From a virus (taxonomy: Duplodnaviria; Caudoviricetes): a stretch of 64,000 nucleotides of DNA. Positions 53,837 through 63,293 of this stretch are shown here, piece by piece. The stretch spans positions 11,545 to 75,544 of IMG/VR virus record IMGVR_UViG_3300033067_001005, one strand, 5' to 3'. Both the position numbers and the translations under genes were made by a program. Every line of letters starts with the position of its first letter. The first letter of the stretch is position 1. The notes under the pieces were generated by a model. It was not told the DNA's origin. It did no database searches and worked only from the letters and a program-made list of their open reading frames with translations.

Positions 53837-55183
53837 ATGGGACTAGTAAGAGGCCTAGCGGCTGCCCGCGAGATCCAAGAGCAGAACAAGACCCGCCGCT
53901 CTAGCGGCTCAAGACAACTCTTCTTGAAGTCTGGAGAGGAAGCCGTCCTCCGTTACTTCGGCGATTTCGAGGGTCAGCAAGACCCCGTAGCTTCTAGAAA
54001 CCACTTCGTGAAGCGCCTACAAGGGGCCGATAGGTACAACAACTGCGGGAAGAACAACGACGCTCCCTGCGTGTTCTGCTACCTGGGTGACCACGGCGAC
54101 AAGGGTATCGGAGGATGCGGCGGCGGTCCTAATCGCCAGAACTTCTACGTCAAGGATTACCGCCGGCAGCACAGGCTGGACCAGGAGGTGCGTGTTCTAA
54201 AGGCGGGCTACATCATGACGCCAGGAAAGGCGCCCCCTGCCGAAGCTTTCGAGCTGACCAAGTATCCACCCTGCAATGGACCGAACAAGCCCTGCCAGTG
54301 GTGCAAGCAAGGCTCTGAGGCTGTTGATGGCGGTTTCATGCCGTTCTCTCTAGCGCCGCAATACGCAGACCAGCTGGTGTCCCTACAGGCCCGGCTCCGG
54401 GACTACTGCCGTTGCGGAGCGCTCGCGGAGGGGAACGTCTCTACTCTGTGGGTGTCCCAATACCTGTGCGGGAACTGCAACGCGGAAGTGGAGTTCTACC
54501 CGGAGAACGGAAACCCCACCGTGAAATGTGATGCCTGCAACCATGTGCTTCCGCCGCTTGAGGTCATCTCTTGCACTAATGAGGACGGCCATAGCGAGGA
54601 ATTCCCGCCGCAGAGAGCCGACCTCCAGGACTTCAAGGTCAGAACCTCCAAGACTGGCTCCGAGAAGTCCACGTCCTTCAATTTCGAGCCCATCTTCCCC
54701 ATGGACCCGCCCACGGAAGAGGAGCTAGAGAAGGCAAAGGAATACTGGCCCAAGTGGGAAGAGATTCTAGCCGGCGATCCGCCCGAGATGCAGGCCGCGA
54801 AGCTAGGCGTACAGAATCCCTTCGGCCAGACCGAGGGTCACGGCGCCAAGGCTTACGGGAAGCCGTCGCCCAACCAGCAGAACGCCACTAGAGTGCCACC
54901 CAAGGCTGCCGCTCCCCCCACGGCAGCGCCGAAGCCGGCCGCTCCTGCTCCTCGGCCGATGCCGAGTCATCCCTCTGCTACTAGACCTGCGGCCCCCCAA
55001 GCTCTGAAGGCACCTACTCCGGCTGCTACACCCAAGTTCGCCCTCAAGCTGCCGGGAAAGGCGCCGACCTCTCCGGCTCCCAGCCGTCCGGCCAAGACTC
55101 CGCCTGGTCGCTTTCTGACTAGAGCACCTGTTTCCATGGAACCGGAAGAGACCGACGACGAAGAGGACATCGCGTTCGAGTAA
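53837..55183 (+). CDS. single-stranded DNA-binding protein-like, multi-Cys
   Basis: LFLK.GE...LR, HF, C.....C..C; Pro/Ala linker; acidic tail ending DDEEDIAFE; lies between primase and polymerase. Confidence 0.65.
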   Translation: MGLVRGLAAAREIQEQNKTRRSSGSRQLFLKSGEEAVLRYFGDFEGQQDPVASRNHFVKRLQGADRYNNCGKNNDAPCVFCYLGDHGDKGIGGCGGGPNRQNFYVKDYRRQHRLDQEVRVLKAGYIMTPGKAPPAEAFELTKYPPCNGPNKPCQWCKQGSEAVDGGFMPFSLAPQYADQLVSLQARLRDYCRCGALAEGNVSTLWVSQYLCGNCNAEVEFYPENGNPTVKCDACNHVLPPLEVISCTNEDGHSEEFPPQRADLQDFKVRTSKTGSEKSTSFNFEPIFPMDPPTEEELEKAKEYWPKWEEILAGDPPEMQAAKLGVQNPFGQTEGHGAKAYGKPSPNQQNATRVPPKAAAPPTAAPKPAAPAPRPMPSHPSATRPAAPQALKAPTPAATPKFALKLPGKAPTSPAPSRPAKTPPGRFLTRAPVSMEPEETDDEEDIAFE

Positions 55184-55186
55184 CCC

Positions 55187-58100
55187 ATGCACAAAGACCC
55201 CATCCAGGTGAGCCTGACGTGGGCAGAGACGGAGGCTGTTCTGGCGAAACTGCTAGAGCAGCCTCTCGTTTCTCTGGACACTGAATGGTACAACTACGAC
55301 AAGGATAAACCCCCAGTCAATAATGGATTGGCTGCTTGTGTCACCCTTGCCTACTTGGAAAAGGGCAGGATAAAGCGGCACTTTATCTACAACTTTGGTG
55401 ACAGCGAGGGCAATATCAATGCCCTAGCTCCCTGGTTACGCAGCAAAGACCACGTGAAGCTGGCTCACAATGCCACTTCTGACTGGCACATCATCGCTAA
55501 TCACGGAATCATCGCAGAGAGCCTGGACGAGGACACCATGGTCCTGGATTGGCTCTATGATGAGAACCGTGAGTACAAGCATAACCTCAAGGAATGTATG
55601 GAGGACCATCTAGGCGTAGAGCGCTTGCCCTATGCTGAGGTGTTTGGAAGCATTCGCTTGAAGAAGGACGGAACTGAATACGCCAGTAGAGAGCGCATCG
55701 TTCCACTCCTAGAGGACTACCTTTCGGCTCTTGAGCCGAGGTACGAGATTGACGAAGACGACATGGGCGACCATTGGAATCGCTTCGTCAACTACGCCAC
55801 CAATGACGCTGAAGACGCGCTCATGCTCCGGGAGACGGTCTATCGGCCGAAGATGGAGCTTCTAAAGTGGATTGGGGACAAGACCTACTTCGACTTGTAC
55901 CAGTCCATAGACCGCCCCATTATCAGTGTCATTCAGAGGATGGAGCGCCACGGCATGCCACTAGACATGCCATTCCTGGAGTACAACAGGGACAAGGCGC
56001 TACTAGACCAGCAGAAGACAGAAGCCGCCATTCTGGAGATTGCTGGTTGTCCAATGAACGTGGGGAGCAAGCAACAGCTGGCAAAACTCCTCTATGGCGT
56101 AGGGGTGTTCCCCGTGAAGAAGGGGAAGAAGACACTCTACAACATCACCGGTAGAGAGCTGCCTTGCTTCGGCAAGACTGATTCGGGCGACCCATCTACG
56201 GATGCAGCCGCCATGAAGAAGCTCGCCAGGTGGCTGAAGAAGGAAGCTAGCTCTATTGAGCAGCCCTTCGACATCGAGGAATCGAAGCAGCTGGTGGAGC
56301 TAATCAGAGAGCACTCTGCTAGGTCTACCCAGATCAAGACGTTTCTAATCGGGCTCACACAGCGCGCCGTGCGCGGCCGGGCACACACCCGTGTGAATCC
56401 GATCGGGACGACATCAGGGCGCTGGTCCACTTCAGAGCCCAACTTGCAGAACATCTCTACAGGTGAAAAGGACACCTACAACCTAAGAGACTCGTTCTGC
56501 GCGCTGCTCGGCTATTGCCTCATCGTGGCAGACTTCAGCCAGCTAGAGTACCGCTTGCTAGCCCACTTCTCCCAAGAGCCCAAACTAATAAAGGCCTTTG
56601 AGAGAGGGTGGGACTTGCACTCTCTAACCACCTACAACATCTTCCCCAACGTGAAGCATGCTGTAGATGCCAAGTTCGGACCTGGCGGAGAGAACAGCGA
56701 GCACTTCGACGACGCGCTAAAGTGGATTGCGGAGGAATTCCCCAACGAGCGTAAGCGCGGAAAGTGTGTACACCCCTCTACTCTCATCAGAACCGATGGC
56801 GGCTACTCACTAATCGGTGAGATCGTCGAGGCTGCTGAGGACTCATTCGCTGTTGCACATGGCGCCTATCAGGTTGAAGGGCCTGAAAGCTACCTGAACA
56901 TAAACTCCGTCTATAATGGAGGAAACAAAGACCTGGTTGCCGTCGTCTCTAGACGTGGACTGCTTGTCTGCACTCCACAGCATAAGCTACGTCTAGCAGA
57001 CGGGAAGATGGTGGAGGCCGGAAAGCTGAAGAAAGGGGACGAGCTAGAGGAAGCTACTTTGGACCCTCTTCCTCACTTTCTAGGGTCACTAGGAAGAAGC
57101 ATCACAATGAAACTGTGGGACGGAGTTCCCCCCACAGAGCAGCCTGTAACAGAAGACCTGGCTTACTTTGCTGGAGTATTTCATGGCGATGGAACAAACA
57201 ACGAGTCTTCTGCCGCCATTACACACGGATCAACCCAGGGCCTTGTCTACTCAGACTGGCAAGACACCATAGTAGACCTTTGTACCAGCCTGGGCATGTC
57301 ACCAGAAAGGAAGGAAAGACAGGTTTATCTAGGCAGCCGTGTCTTCGTTTCTTGGCTAACTGCTTTAGGGCTCTCGCAGCCCGGCGGAAAGCGCAAGAGG
57401 ATGGACGTTCCATCTTGGGTAATGAATTCTAACCTGTTTCCGCATTACTTTGCCGGGCTGTTCGACACAGACGGCACTGTTAGCAGTGGCAGAGCTTCAA
57501 TTACTACCAAGTGGGCAACGTACGCTGGACAGCTAGCGACGCTTCTCAAAGCACATGGCTACCCAGCCACCGTAGAGGCCACATTCAACAAGACGTACCA
57601 ACGATGGTACTACCGAGTAGTTCTAAGAAAGCAGGACTCCTACGTGCTTCTGTCGGAGCTGTCCAGACTGAAGCATAAGAAAGAGGCTCTATCGCCAGGA
57701 GAGCAACATAGTCTAAAGAAGAACATCGTGACGCACGTTATTCCTCAGGGAACAGGTCCTTGTGTAGACTTGAACGTACCTGGGCATGTCTACATCGCTA
57801 ATGGGTTCGTCACTCATAACACTCTAAACTTCGAGATTATCTACGGTGTCGGCTACCGCAAACTCGCCGAACAGCTGGAGATCCCGGAGGACGAAGCCAA
57901 GCGCATGGTGGATGGCTGGAACAAAGGTTATCCGTACGTCGTCGCTTGGAAGCGCCGTGTGCTGAACGAGTTCCGCATTCACGGCTACTACCGCACGCTA
58001 GACGGGCATATGCGGCATGCGCAGCTGCATCGGCTCAACTCAGACGAGTATGGTATCCGCGGCGAAGAAGAGCGCACTCTAATCAATGCCATCATCCAGG

Positions 58101-58348
58101 GTTCAGCTGCGGCCATGACGAAGAAAGCCATGCTGAACATCCACAGAGACCCCGGCTTCCACGCGCTGGGAGGCGCCTTTATCAATCAGGTACACGACGA
58201 GCTGATCATCCACGCACCACTAGAAAACCGTGATGCGTTGGTCACCCTAATCAGACCACACATGGAGCAACCCTTTTCCCGCCCCCTCCGCGTGAAGATG
58301 CCGGTTAGCATCGGCGTCGGACCGACCTGGGCAACTGCTAAAGCATGA
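55187..58348 (+). CDS. family A DNA polymerase with 3'-5' exonuclease, intein-containing
   Basis: SLDTE, AHNA..D, YA.NDA exo motifs; GRWS..EPNLQNI, ADFSQLEYR.LAHFS, K-TLNF..IYG, N..IQGSAA, VHDE. Confidence 0.95.
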   Translation: MHKDPIQVSLTWAETEAVLAKLLEQPLVSLDTEWYNYDKDKPPVNNGLAACVTLAYLEKGRIKRHFIYNFGDSEGNINALAPWLRSKDHVKLAHNATSDWHIIANHGIIAESLDEDTMVLDWLYDENREYKHNLKECMEDHLGVERLPYAEVFGSIRLKKDGTEYASRERIVPLLEDYLSALEPRYEIDEDDMGDHWNRFVNYATNDAEDALMLRETVYRPKMELLKWIGDKTYFDLYQSIDRPIISVIQRMERHGMPLDMPFLEYNRDKALLDQQKTEAAILEIAGCPMNVGSKQQLAKLLYGVGVFPVKKGKKTLYNITGRELPCFGKTDSGDPSTDAAAMKKLARWLKKEASSIEQPFDIEESKQLVELIREHSARSTQIKTFLIGLTQRAVRGRAHTRVNPIGTTSGRWSTSEPNLQNISTGEKDTYNLRDSFCALLGYCLIVADFSQLEYRLLAHFSQEPKLIKAFERGWDLHSLTTYNIFPNVKHAVDAKFGPGGENSEHFDDALKWIAEEFPNERKRGKCVHPSTLIRTDGGYSLIGEIVEAAEDSFAVAHGAYQVEGPESYLNINSVYNGGNKDLVAVVSRRGLLVCTPQHKLRLADGKMVEAGKLKKGDELEEATLDPLPHFLGSLGRSITMKLWDGVPPTEQPVTEDLAYFAGVFHGDGTNNESSAAITHGSTQGLVYSDWQDTIVDLCTSLGMSPERKERQVYLGSRVFVSWLTALGLSQPGGKRKRMDVPSWVMNSNLFPHYFAGLFDTDGTVSSGRASITTKWATYAGQLATLLKAHGYPATVEATFNKTYQRWYYRVVLRKQDSYVLLSELSRLKHKKEALSPGEQHSLKKNIVTHVIPQGTGPCVDLNVPGHVYIANGFVTHNTLNFEIIYGVGYRKLAEQLEIPEDEAKRMVDGWNKGYPYVVAWKRRVLNEFRIHGYYRTLDGHMRHAQLHRLNSDEYGIRGEEERTLINAIIQGSAAAMTKKAMLNIHRDPGFHALGGAFINQVHDELIIHAPLENRDALVTLIRPHMEQPFSRPLRVKMPVSIGVGPTWATAKA
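56765..57820 (+). mobile_element. intein with LAGLIDADG homing endonuclease (352 aa) in polymerase motif B
   Basis: starts CVHPSTLI, ends DLNV..HVYIANGFVTHN followed by Thr; LAYFAGVFHGDG and YFAGLFDTDG; removal restores K-TLNFEIIYG. Confidence 0.93.
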
Positions 58349-58614
58349 AAAAGCTGCTACTAGGAGACTTCATTCACATGGTGACGTCCTCCGTGGGCAT
58401 CAAAGCCTGCGAAGGTTGTCAGAAGCGTAGGGAAGCCTTGAACATCCTCGATTCCGCAGAGGAGAAGGCAACCCTGAGTCAACTAATGCGTGCCATTCTC
58501 AACCCAGAAGAGGTAATCCATGCCCACGAAGAAGCCTGCCAAAAAGACTACGACCAACTCCTCGAAGAAGCAGTCGAAGAAGCCGCAGAAGACTTCGGCG
58601 AAACCCCGCACTAA
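58345..58614 (+). CDS. small conserved phage protein
   Basis: LGD.I..VT...GIK.CEGC..R.E.LN motif. Confidence 0.6.
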   Translation: MKKLLLGDFIHMVTSSVGIKACEGCQKRREALNILDSAEEKATLSQLMRAILNPEEVIHAHEEACQKDYDQLLEEAVEEAAEDFGETPH

Positions 58615-58855
58615 GGGCGTTGTCGAGAACCTTCCTCCGTCAGTGCGCCTCGTTCTTCTGTCTAGCGCCGCTGGGATGGTAACAAAGGCTGACAATGCCG
58701 GCTTCGTCAGGCAGATGCCTGATGGTACTGTAACCCTCACATTCGCCATCATGCGTGATGGAGCACTGTTCGAGAAGGCTAAGAAGGACCGCAAGCTCAT
58801 TCAACGTGAGTTGCCCTTCTACGGCCCGTCAGCGGAGACCACTAATGGCGGGTAA
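58520..58855 (+). CDS. Lys-rich hypothetical protein
   Basis: basic N-terminus; overlaps both neighbours. Confidence 0.45.
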   Translation: MPTKKPAKKTTTNSSKKQSKKPQKTSAKPRTKGVVENLPPSVRLVLLSSAAGMVTKADNAGFVRQMPDGTVTLTFAIMRDGALFEKAKKDRKLIQRELPFYGPSAETTNGG

Positions 58856-60167
58856 GCGCCTCAGCATAAAGCAGAAGCGAGAGCAGCGGCAGAGAGACGT
58901 AGCTTCACAAGCCACTAGTACAGGAGGAGACCGCTTCGACAAGCTCATCTCCGCTGTCAACAAACGGCTGAAGGGTGGAGGCTCCATCTTTCGTGGCACG
59001 GCAATCGAGCGGCAGGAGTATGTCAGGCGCTCTACTGGCATCCCCTCTGTCGACTACGTGCTTAGCGGAGGGCCGCCGAAGGGCGGACTAATCGAGATTG
59101 GAGGGGAGTACAGCAGCGGGAAGACTACGCTGGCTCTTCATATGTGCGCTGTAGAGCAGCAGGTGCAATGGGCTCTGCCGCCCGAACAGCGCCGGGGCAT
59201 TGCTTGGATCGCTCTGGAGCCATTCTCCAAGCGCTGGGCTAGACAGAACGGGTTCTTTCTGCCGTTCAACGAGGACACGTACGTCGACCACAATACGGGA
59301 GAAGAGAAGGTCTACGACGCCTACGCCGAAGCCAGCGAACTCGAGCTACTCAGAATGCAGCAGATGGGTATAGAAGACCCCTACGCTGAAATCTGCCCGT
59401 TCGTGCTCGTGCATGAGGACCGAGGTGACGTAGCCCTAGATGCAGCTCTAGACCTCATCAAGTCTAATCTGTTCTCCTACGTCGTCGTCGACTCGCTCGG
59501 CGTGGCCAAGAGCACCAAATGGCTGGAAGAGGCCGAGGTGCAGGATTCGGGAGACTTCGACCGCACGGCCAAGATGATTGGCGACTATACTGCTAGAGCA
59601 TGCCTAGCTCTGAACAAGCGGTACGACGCCAATAATCAGATGGCGGATGACGGTGCCTTCTTCAACGAGACCACCTGCATTCACCTGAATCACATCGTTA
59701 CCAACATCGGGACGATGGCCATGGCGCCTTGGAAGAAGTACTCCATAAAGGGAGGCGAGGGTAACAAGCACAACCACCACGCCATTCTGTTCCTCTACAA
59801 GGGCGAGCAGATGATGATGGAGCGTCCAGGCGGAAGCAGGTACGTCTATGGCCAGGCCAACAAGATCATCTGCATCAAGTCCAAGATTGGAGCACCGTTC
59901 AAGGCTGGAGAATTTGACTTCTACTTCCAGCCCTTCGGTCAATTCCAAGCCGGAGACATCGACACAGCGAAGGACGCTGTGCAGCTTGGTCTAATCCTGG
60001 GCGTGTTCAACCGACGTGGCTCGCACATCGACTTCGGTCCTAACGAGCACACGTCTGAAGAATACACTGCTAATGGCCAAGACAACTTCGCTGATCTGGT
60101 CAGAGCCACTCCAGAGCTTTTCGAGGCTCTAAAGCTAGCCGTAGCAGCGGCAACAAAGAGGCTGTGA
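58845..60167 (+). CDS. recA: RecA/UvsX-like recombinase
   Basis: STG...D..L.GG.P.G...EI.G..SSGKTT, VVVDSL, N.I...IG, GG....H motifs. Confidence 0.88.
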   Translation: MAGKRLSIKQKREQRQRDVASQATSTGGDRFDKLISAVNKRLKGGGSIFRGTAIERQEYVRRSTGIPSVDYVLSGGPPKGGLIEIGGEYSSGKTTLALHMCAVEQQVQWALPPEQRRGIAWIALEPFSKRWARQNGFFLPFNEDTYVDHNTGEEKVYDAYAEASELELLRMQQMGIEDPYAEICPFVLVHEDRGDVALDAALDLIKSNLFSYVVVDSLGVAKSTKWLEEAEVQDSGDFDRTAKMIGDYTARACLALNKRYDANNQMADDGAFFNETTCIHLNHIVTNIGTMAMAPWKKYSIKGGEGNKHNHHAILFLYKGEQMMMERPGGSRYVYGQANKIICIKSKIGAPFKAGEFDFYFQPFGQFQAGDIDTAKDAVQLGLILGVFNRRGSHIDFGPNEHTSEEYTANGQDNFADLVRATPELFEALKLAVAAATKRL

Positions 60168-60457
60168 TGGGTGACGTGCTTCCCTTTAGAAAGCCAGACC
60201 CTAACTCCGCCTGTTTTTCCTTAGCTAAGGACCAGCCATGGTGCATCTCTAGACAGAAATGTGGCCTCTGTGGCGCCTCATGTGTCGCTGTATTTCCTTT
60301 AGAGAGAAGCATAGACTACGGATTTGAGTGCCACGAATGCCACGAAATGGCTAGCGTAGTGCTCTATCTTGTCGACGACGCTGGCGACATCCTGATCCAG
60401 CAAGATGGTTCTCTAATGACGCTGGAGAAGCTAAGAGAAATAGTAGGCGTGAAATGA
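60167..60457 (+). CDS. Zn-finger hypothetical protein
   Basis: CGLCG and CHECH motifs. Confidence 0.5.
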   Translation: MGDVLPFRKPDPNSACFSLAKDQPWCISRQKCGLCGASCVAVFPLERSIDYGFECHECHEMASVVLYLVDDAGDILIQQDGSLMTLEKLREIVGVK

Positions 60458-60777
60458 GGTTCAAGCTTCCTAAGCAGAATATTCGCTCCTCGGTCCTACA
60501 GGAGAAGCGCATCGCCAGAGACACAGGGGGCCGGCGCGTAGCAGGCTCTGGCTCCCAGCCTGGGAACAAGTCAGACGTCACGGCCGGCAAGTGGCGTGTA
60601 GAGGCGAAGCAAACGACCTCGTCTCGCTACTCGTTGACTCTCGCGGTGTGGCGCAAGATAGAGATGGAAGCCTTTCGAGCAGGACAGGAACCTGTGCTCG
60701 TGGTCGAAATCTCTGGCCGCAAACTAGCAGTGCTCGATTACCAGATGTGGCTGGGCCTTCGTGAGGGCCTTCCCTAA
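60454..60777 (+). CDS. Holliday junction resolvase-like (Hjc, PD-(D/E)XK)
   Basis: QE.RIA...GG.R..GSG....KSD....VEAKQT. Confidence 0.75.
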   Translation: MRFKLPKQNIRSSVLQEKRIARDTGGRRVAGSGSQPGNKSDVTAGKWRVEAKQTTSSRYSLTLAVWRKIEMEAFRAGQEPVLVVEISGRKLAVLDYQMWLGLREGLP

Positions 60778-60800
60778 GAAAACCCCGAGAAACACTACTG

Positions 60801-60829
60801 TTGACTCATCCCATTAGCCTTGCTAAGAT
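60801..60829 (+). promoter_or_regulatory. near-consensus sigma70 promoter
   Basis: TTGACT (60801-06), 17-nt spacer, TAAGAT (60824-29). Confidence 0.75.
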
Positions 60830-60871
60830 GAGACCATCATCCAAGAACGGATGTCTACCCCAGGAGTCGTC

Positions 60872-61378
60872 ATGAAGCTGAGTCTACCCGCCGCCAAGCC
60901 CACCGCGCCCACCAAGCCCGCTCCCCCGACCAAGCCCGTGGTCGCTGGCAAGGCCCCCGCAAAGGCCCCGGCCGCGAAGGAACCGAAGGAAAACTTCTAT
61001 CGCAAGATGAAGAAGTACACGCATATCAAGCTCACTGAGCTGATCGCACAGCCGGAGGTCATTCGGGGCCGTATCGGCAGCAAGGCCAAGGGCGCTCTCT
61101 CCGCCGAGGAGCTAGTGCAATTCCTCGTCAGCGTGGAGGACGAGGCCCCGGGCTGGAACAAGCCGAAGACCGAAGGCAAGAAGCGCGGTCGCAAGCCGAA
61201 GACCTCGGAAGAGAAGACGGCTGCCAAGGCTGCCAAGGGTGGACCCAAGGCCCCCACCGCTCCGGCTGCTGCTGTACTGAAGAAGCCCGGTGGCCTGCTC
61301 CCGCCGCGCGCTCCCGCTGCTGTCGCACCGAAGGCTCCGGCACCCGCCGTGTCGAAGCTTCGCCTGCCCGGTAAGTGA
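60872..61378 (+). CDS. Lys/Ala/Pro-rich protein, stand-alone transcription unit
   Basis: SD AGGAG before ATG 60872; biased codons; histone-like low-complexity arms around a small folded core. Confidence 0.75.
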   Translation: MKLSLPAAKPTAPTKPAPPTKPVVAGKAPAKAPAAKEPKENFYRKMKKYTHIKLTELIAQPEVIRGRIGSKAKGALSAEELVQFLVSVEDEAPGWNKPKTEGKKRGRKPKTSEEKTAAKAAKGGPKAPTAPAAAVLKKPGGLLPPRAPAAVAPKAPAPAVSKLRLPGK

Positions 61379-61400
61379 CCGCAACTACCAGCAGCATTAG

Positions 61401-61439
61401 AAAGGGCTGTCCTCTCGCGAGGGCGGCCCTTTTCTTTTA
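61401..61439 (+). terminator. rho-independent terminator
   Basis: AAAGGGCTGTCCTC-tcgc-GAGGGCGGCCCTTTT followed by CTTTT. Confidence 0.8.
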
Positions 61440-61466
61440 TCTAGTCACCTTGGTAGGCTGTCCAGA

Positions 61467-62336
61467 ATGAGATTGACCAAGACTCTAAGTACCATTTTCA
61501 GCGGAGGGAACGCCGCTAAGCTTCCGCCGAAGCTGTACACCACTAATGGGATTCCGCCTCACAGGGACTGGAACTCCATCGCTGGTATGTTCCTGCACGT
61601 AGACGCGAACAAGCCGGATGACAGGCACCAGGGTGTGTTCCACCCAAGCGCTGGCCTGACCTGGGAGATCGACCACTGCATTAGGCAGATTATGTTCGAC
61701 TTGGTGTGCGCACCCAAGTCTGAGAAGCTAATATCTCCTAAGCTGGCCAAGATCCTGGACAACGGACATGACCGGCACAAGGGTCTAAACAACCTGTTCA
61801 AGCGCATGGCTGCCGCGAAGCATCAGGGGATGGAAGCTTTCGAGCACGATATCCCGGCCAGACATCCAACGCTGCCAATCGCGGGTGAGGCCGACGGGCG
61901 TATCCACATGGCTAATGGCCATAGGTACATCGTTGACTTCAAGACCATCAACTTGGCTAACTTCAAGAAGCTGAATGGCTCTAGTGGCCGCTACCTCTAC
62001 CAGCTGAATACATACATGGGGATTCTGAACGAGAAGGTTGGCTACGTGCTCTATGAGTGCAAAGACAACCAAGACTGGGCGGAACCGATGGAGCTGTATA
62101 GGCACGTATTCAGCCAAGAGATGTTCGACCAGACGGAGCAGTTCGCAAGGGACGTGCTCACCATGTTGTGGAACGAAGATGTGCCCGCATTCGACTCTAA
62201 AGTCTGTGATGCGCACGTCACGTTCTGCGGATACCGCAGCGTCTGCAACAAGCACAAGCAGGGTCTAATGACTCTTCAGCAGATGGACAGACGCACCGAC
62301 GGCATGAAACGCCACCACCTCAAGGTGATTCAATGA
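61467..62336 (+). CDS. Cas4-like PD-(D/E)XK exonuclease
   Basis: C.RQ..F, G...H, G.ADG, IVDFKT, QL..Y and terminal C......FC.YR.VC. Confidence 0.8.
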   Translation: MRLTKTLSTIFSGGNAAKLPPKLYTTNGIPPHRDWNSIAGMFLHVDANKPDDRHQGVFHPSAGLTWEIDHCIRQIMFDLVCAPKSEKLISPKLAKILDNGHDRHKGLNNLFKRMAAAKHQGMEAFEHDIPARHPTLPIAGEADGRIHMANGHRYIVDFKTINLANFKKLNGSSGRYLYQLNTYMGILNEKVGYVLYECKDNQDWAEPMELYRHVFSQEMFDQTEQFARDVLTMLWNEDVPAFDSKVCDAHVTFCGYRSVCNKHKQGLMTLQQMDRRTDGMKRHHLKVIQ

Positions 62337-62920
62337 CTGTCACCGGCAAGCATGTGTTCCGTCTTCCTCCCGCTGCGTCTAATCCTAGGAGGGTTTCGAG
62401 AGAGCAGCTGCGCAAGCTCGTCACAGAGGAGAGAGGCGAGCCAGAAGAGGAAGTAGTTAGACCTCTCGATGTGTGGACCCATGGCTTCTCTGCCAATGCA
62501 GCAATAGAGGCTGTAGCCGAGTTCGCTCCTATGGCTGACCAGCCTGTGGAAGCGCCATCTACACCAGGAAGGGTGACGGACCTCTCTAATGAAGACCTTG
62601 GGATGCTACATGCGCAGTTTGCTGCATTCGCTGAATACCTTGAGCCTCAGGTTGCGCTCATGGAGATTCAAGCGGCTGAGGACGAAAGCTTCCTGGCGCA
62701 CATCACTGCTGAAATCAGACTAGTGAAGTCAGGCACTGTGGCGGACAAGAACGCCAAGGCAATCAACGACCCCAAGTACATAGAGGCAGAGCAGCGACAG
62801 CTCGTCTCGACGGCCAAGGCCAAGCTTCTAAAAGCTAGGTTCAATGGCTACGTGCGCATCACCTCGGCTCTAAGCCGGGAGATATCCAGAAGAACAGGAG
62901 AGTACAGCCATGGCGGATAG
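62333..62920 (+). CDS. helical hypothetical protein
   Basis: coupled ORF, C-terminal SREI.RR. Confidence 0.6.
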   Translation: MTVTGKHVFRLPPAASNPRRVSREQLRKLVTEERGEPEEEVVRPLDVWTHGFSANAAIEAVAEFAPMADQPVEAPSTPGRVTDLSNEDLGMLHAQFAAFAEYLEPQVALMEIQAAEDESFLAHITAEIRLVKSGTVADKNAKAINDPKYIEAEQRQLVSTAKAKLLKARFNGYVRITSALSREISRRTGEYSHGG

Positions 62921-63292
62921 ATGAGACCCGGGGGAGGCAAGGCGAAAGGCAAGGCTTTCGAGAAGCTTGTTTCTGGTAGAGTCCAGGAATGGCTAGGCCT
63001 AGGGCCAGAGGACATCATCAGGACACGCTCGGGAGATGACGACTGCGACATTGGGTTGTCGCCTGCCGCCAAGAAAATCTTCCCTTACTGGCTGGAGTGC
63101 AAGCACACTAATACGCTGAGCATCCCAGCTTGGCTTCGTCAAGCGGAGGCAGCCATAAAGCGCCACAACGCTTATGACCAAACACCAGTAATCGTGTTTC
63201 GTCAGACCGGCTCTAGAAAGCTCTACGCTGTTGTAGAGTTCGAGCATTTCATGGACCTAGCTACACGCTTTCTAATTCATCAGGAGAAGTAA
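62921..63292 (+). CDS. Holliday junction resolvase-like (second copy)
   Basis: KGK.FE..V, DI, LECKH...W..QA, P...F.Q. Confidence 0.75.
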   Translation: MRPGGGKAKGKAFEKLVSGRVQEWLGLGPEDIIRTRSGDDDCDIGLSPAAKKIFPYWLECKHTNTLSIPAWLRQAEAAIKRHNAYDQTPVIVFRQTGSRKLYAVVEFEHFMDLATRFLIHQEK

Positions 63293-63293
63293 T

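Noticed and set aside
61467-62336. Cas4-like gene as evidence of a CRISPR-Cas system
   Set aside because: No repeat-spacer array or other cas genes seen; stand-alone Cas4-like nucleases are common in phage recombination modules.
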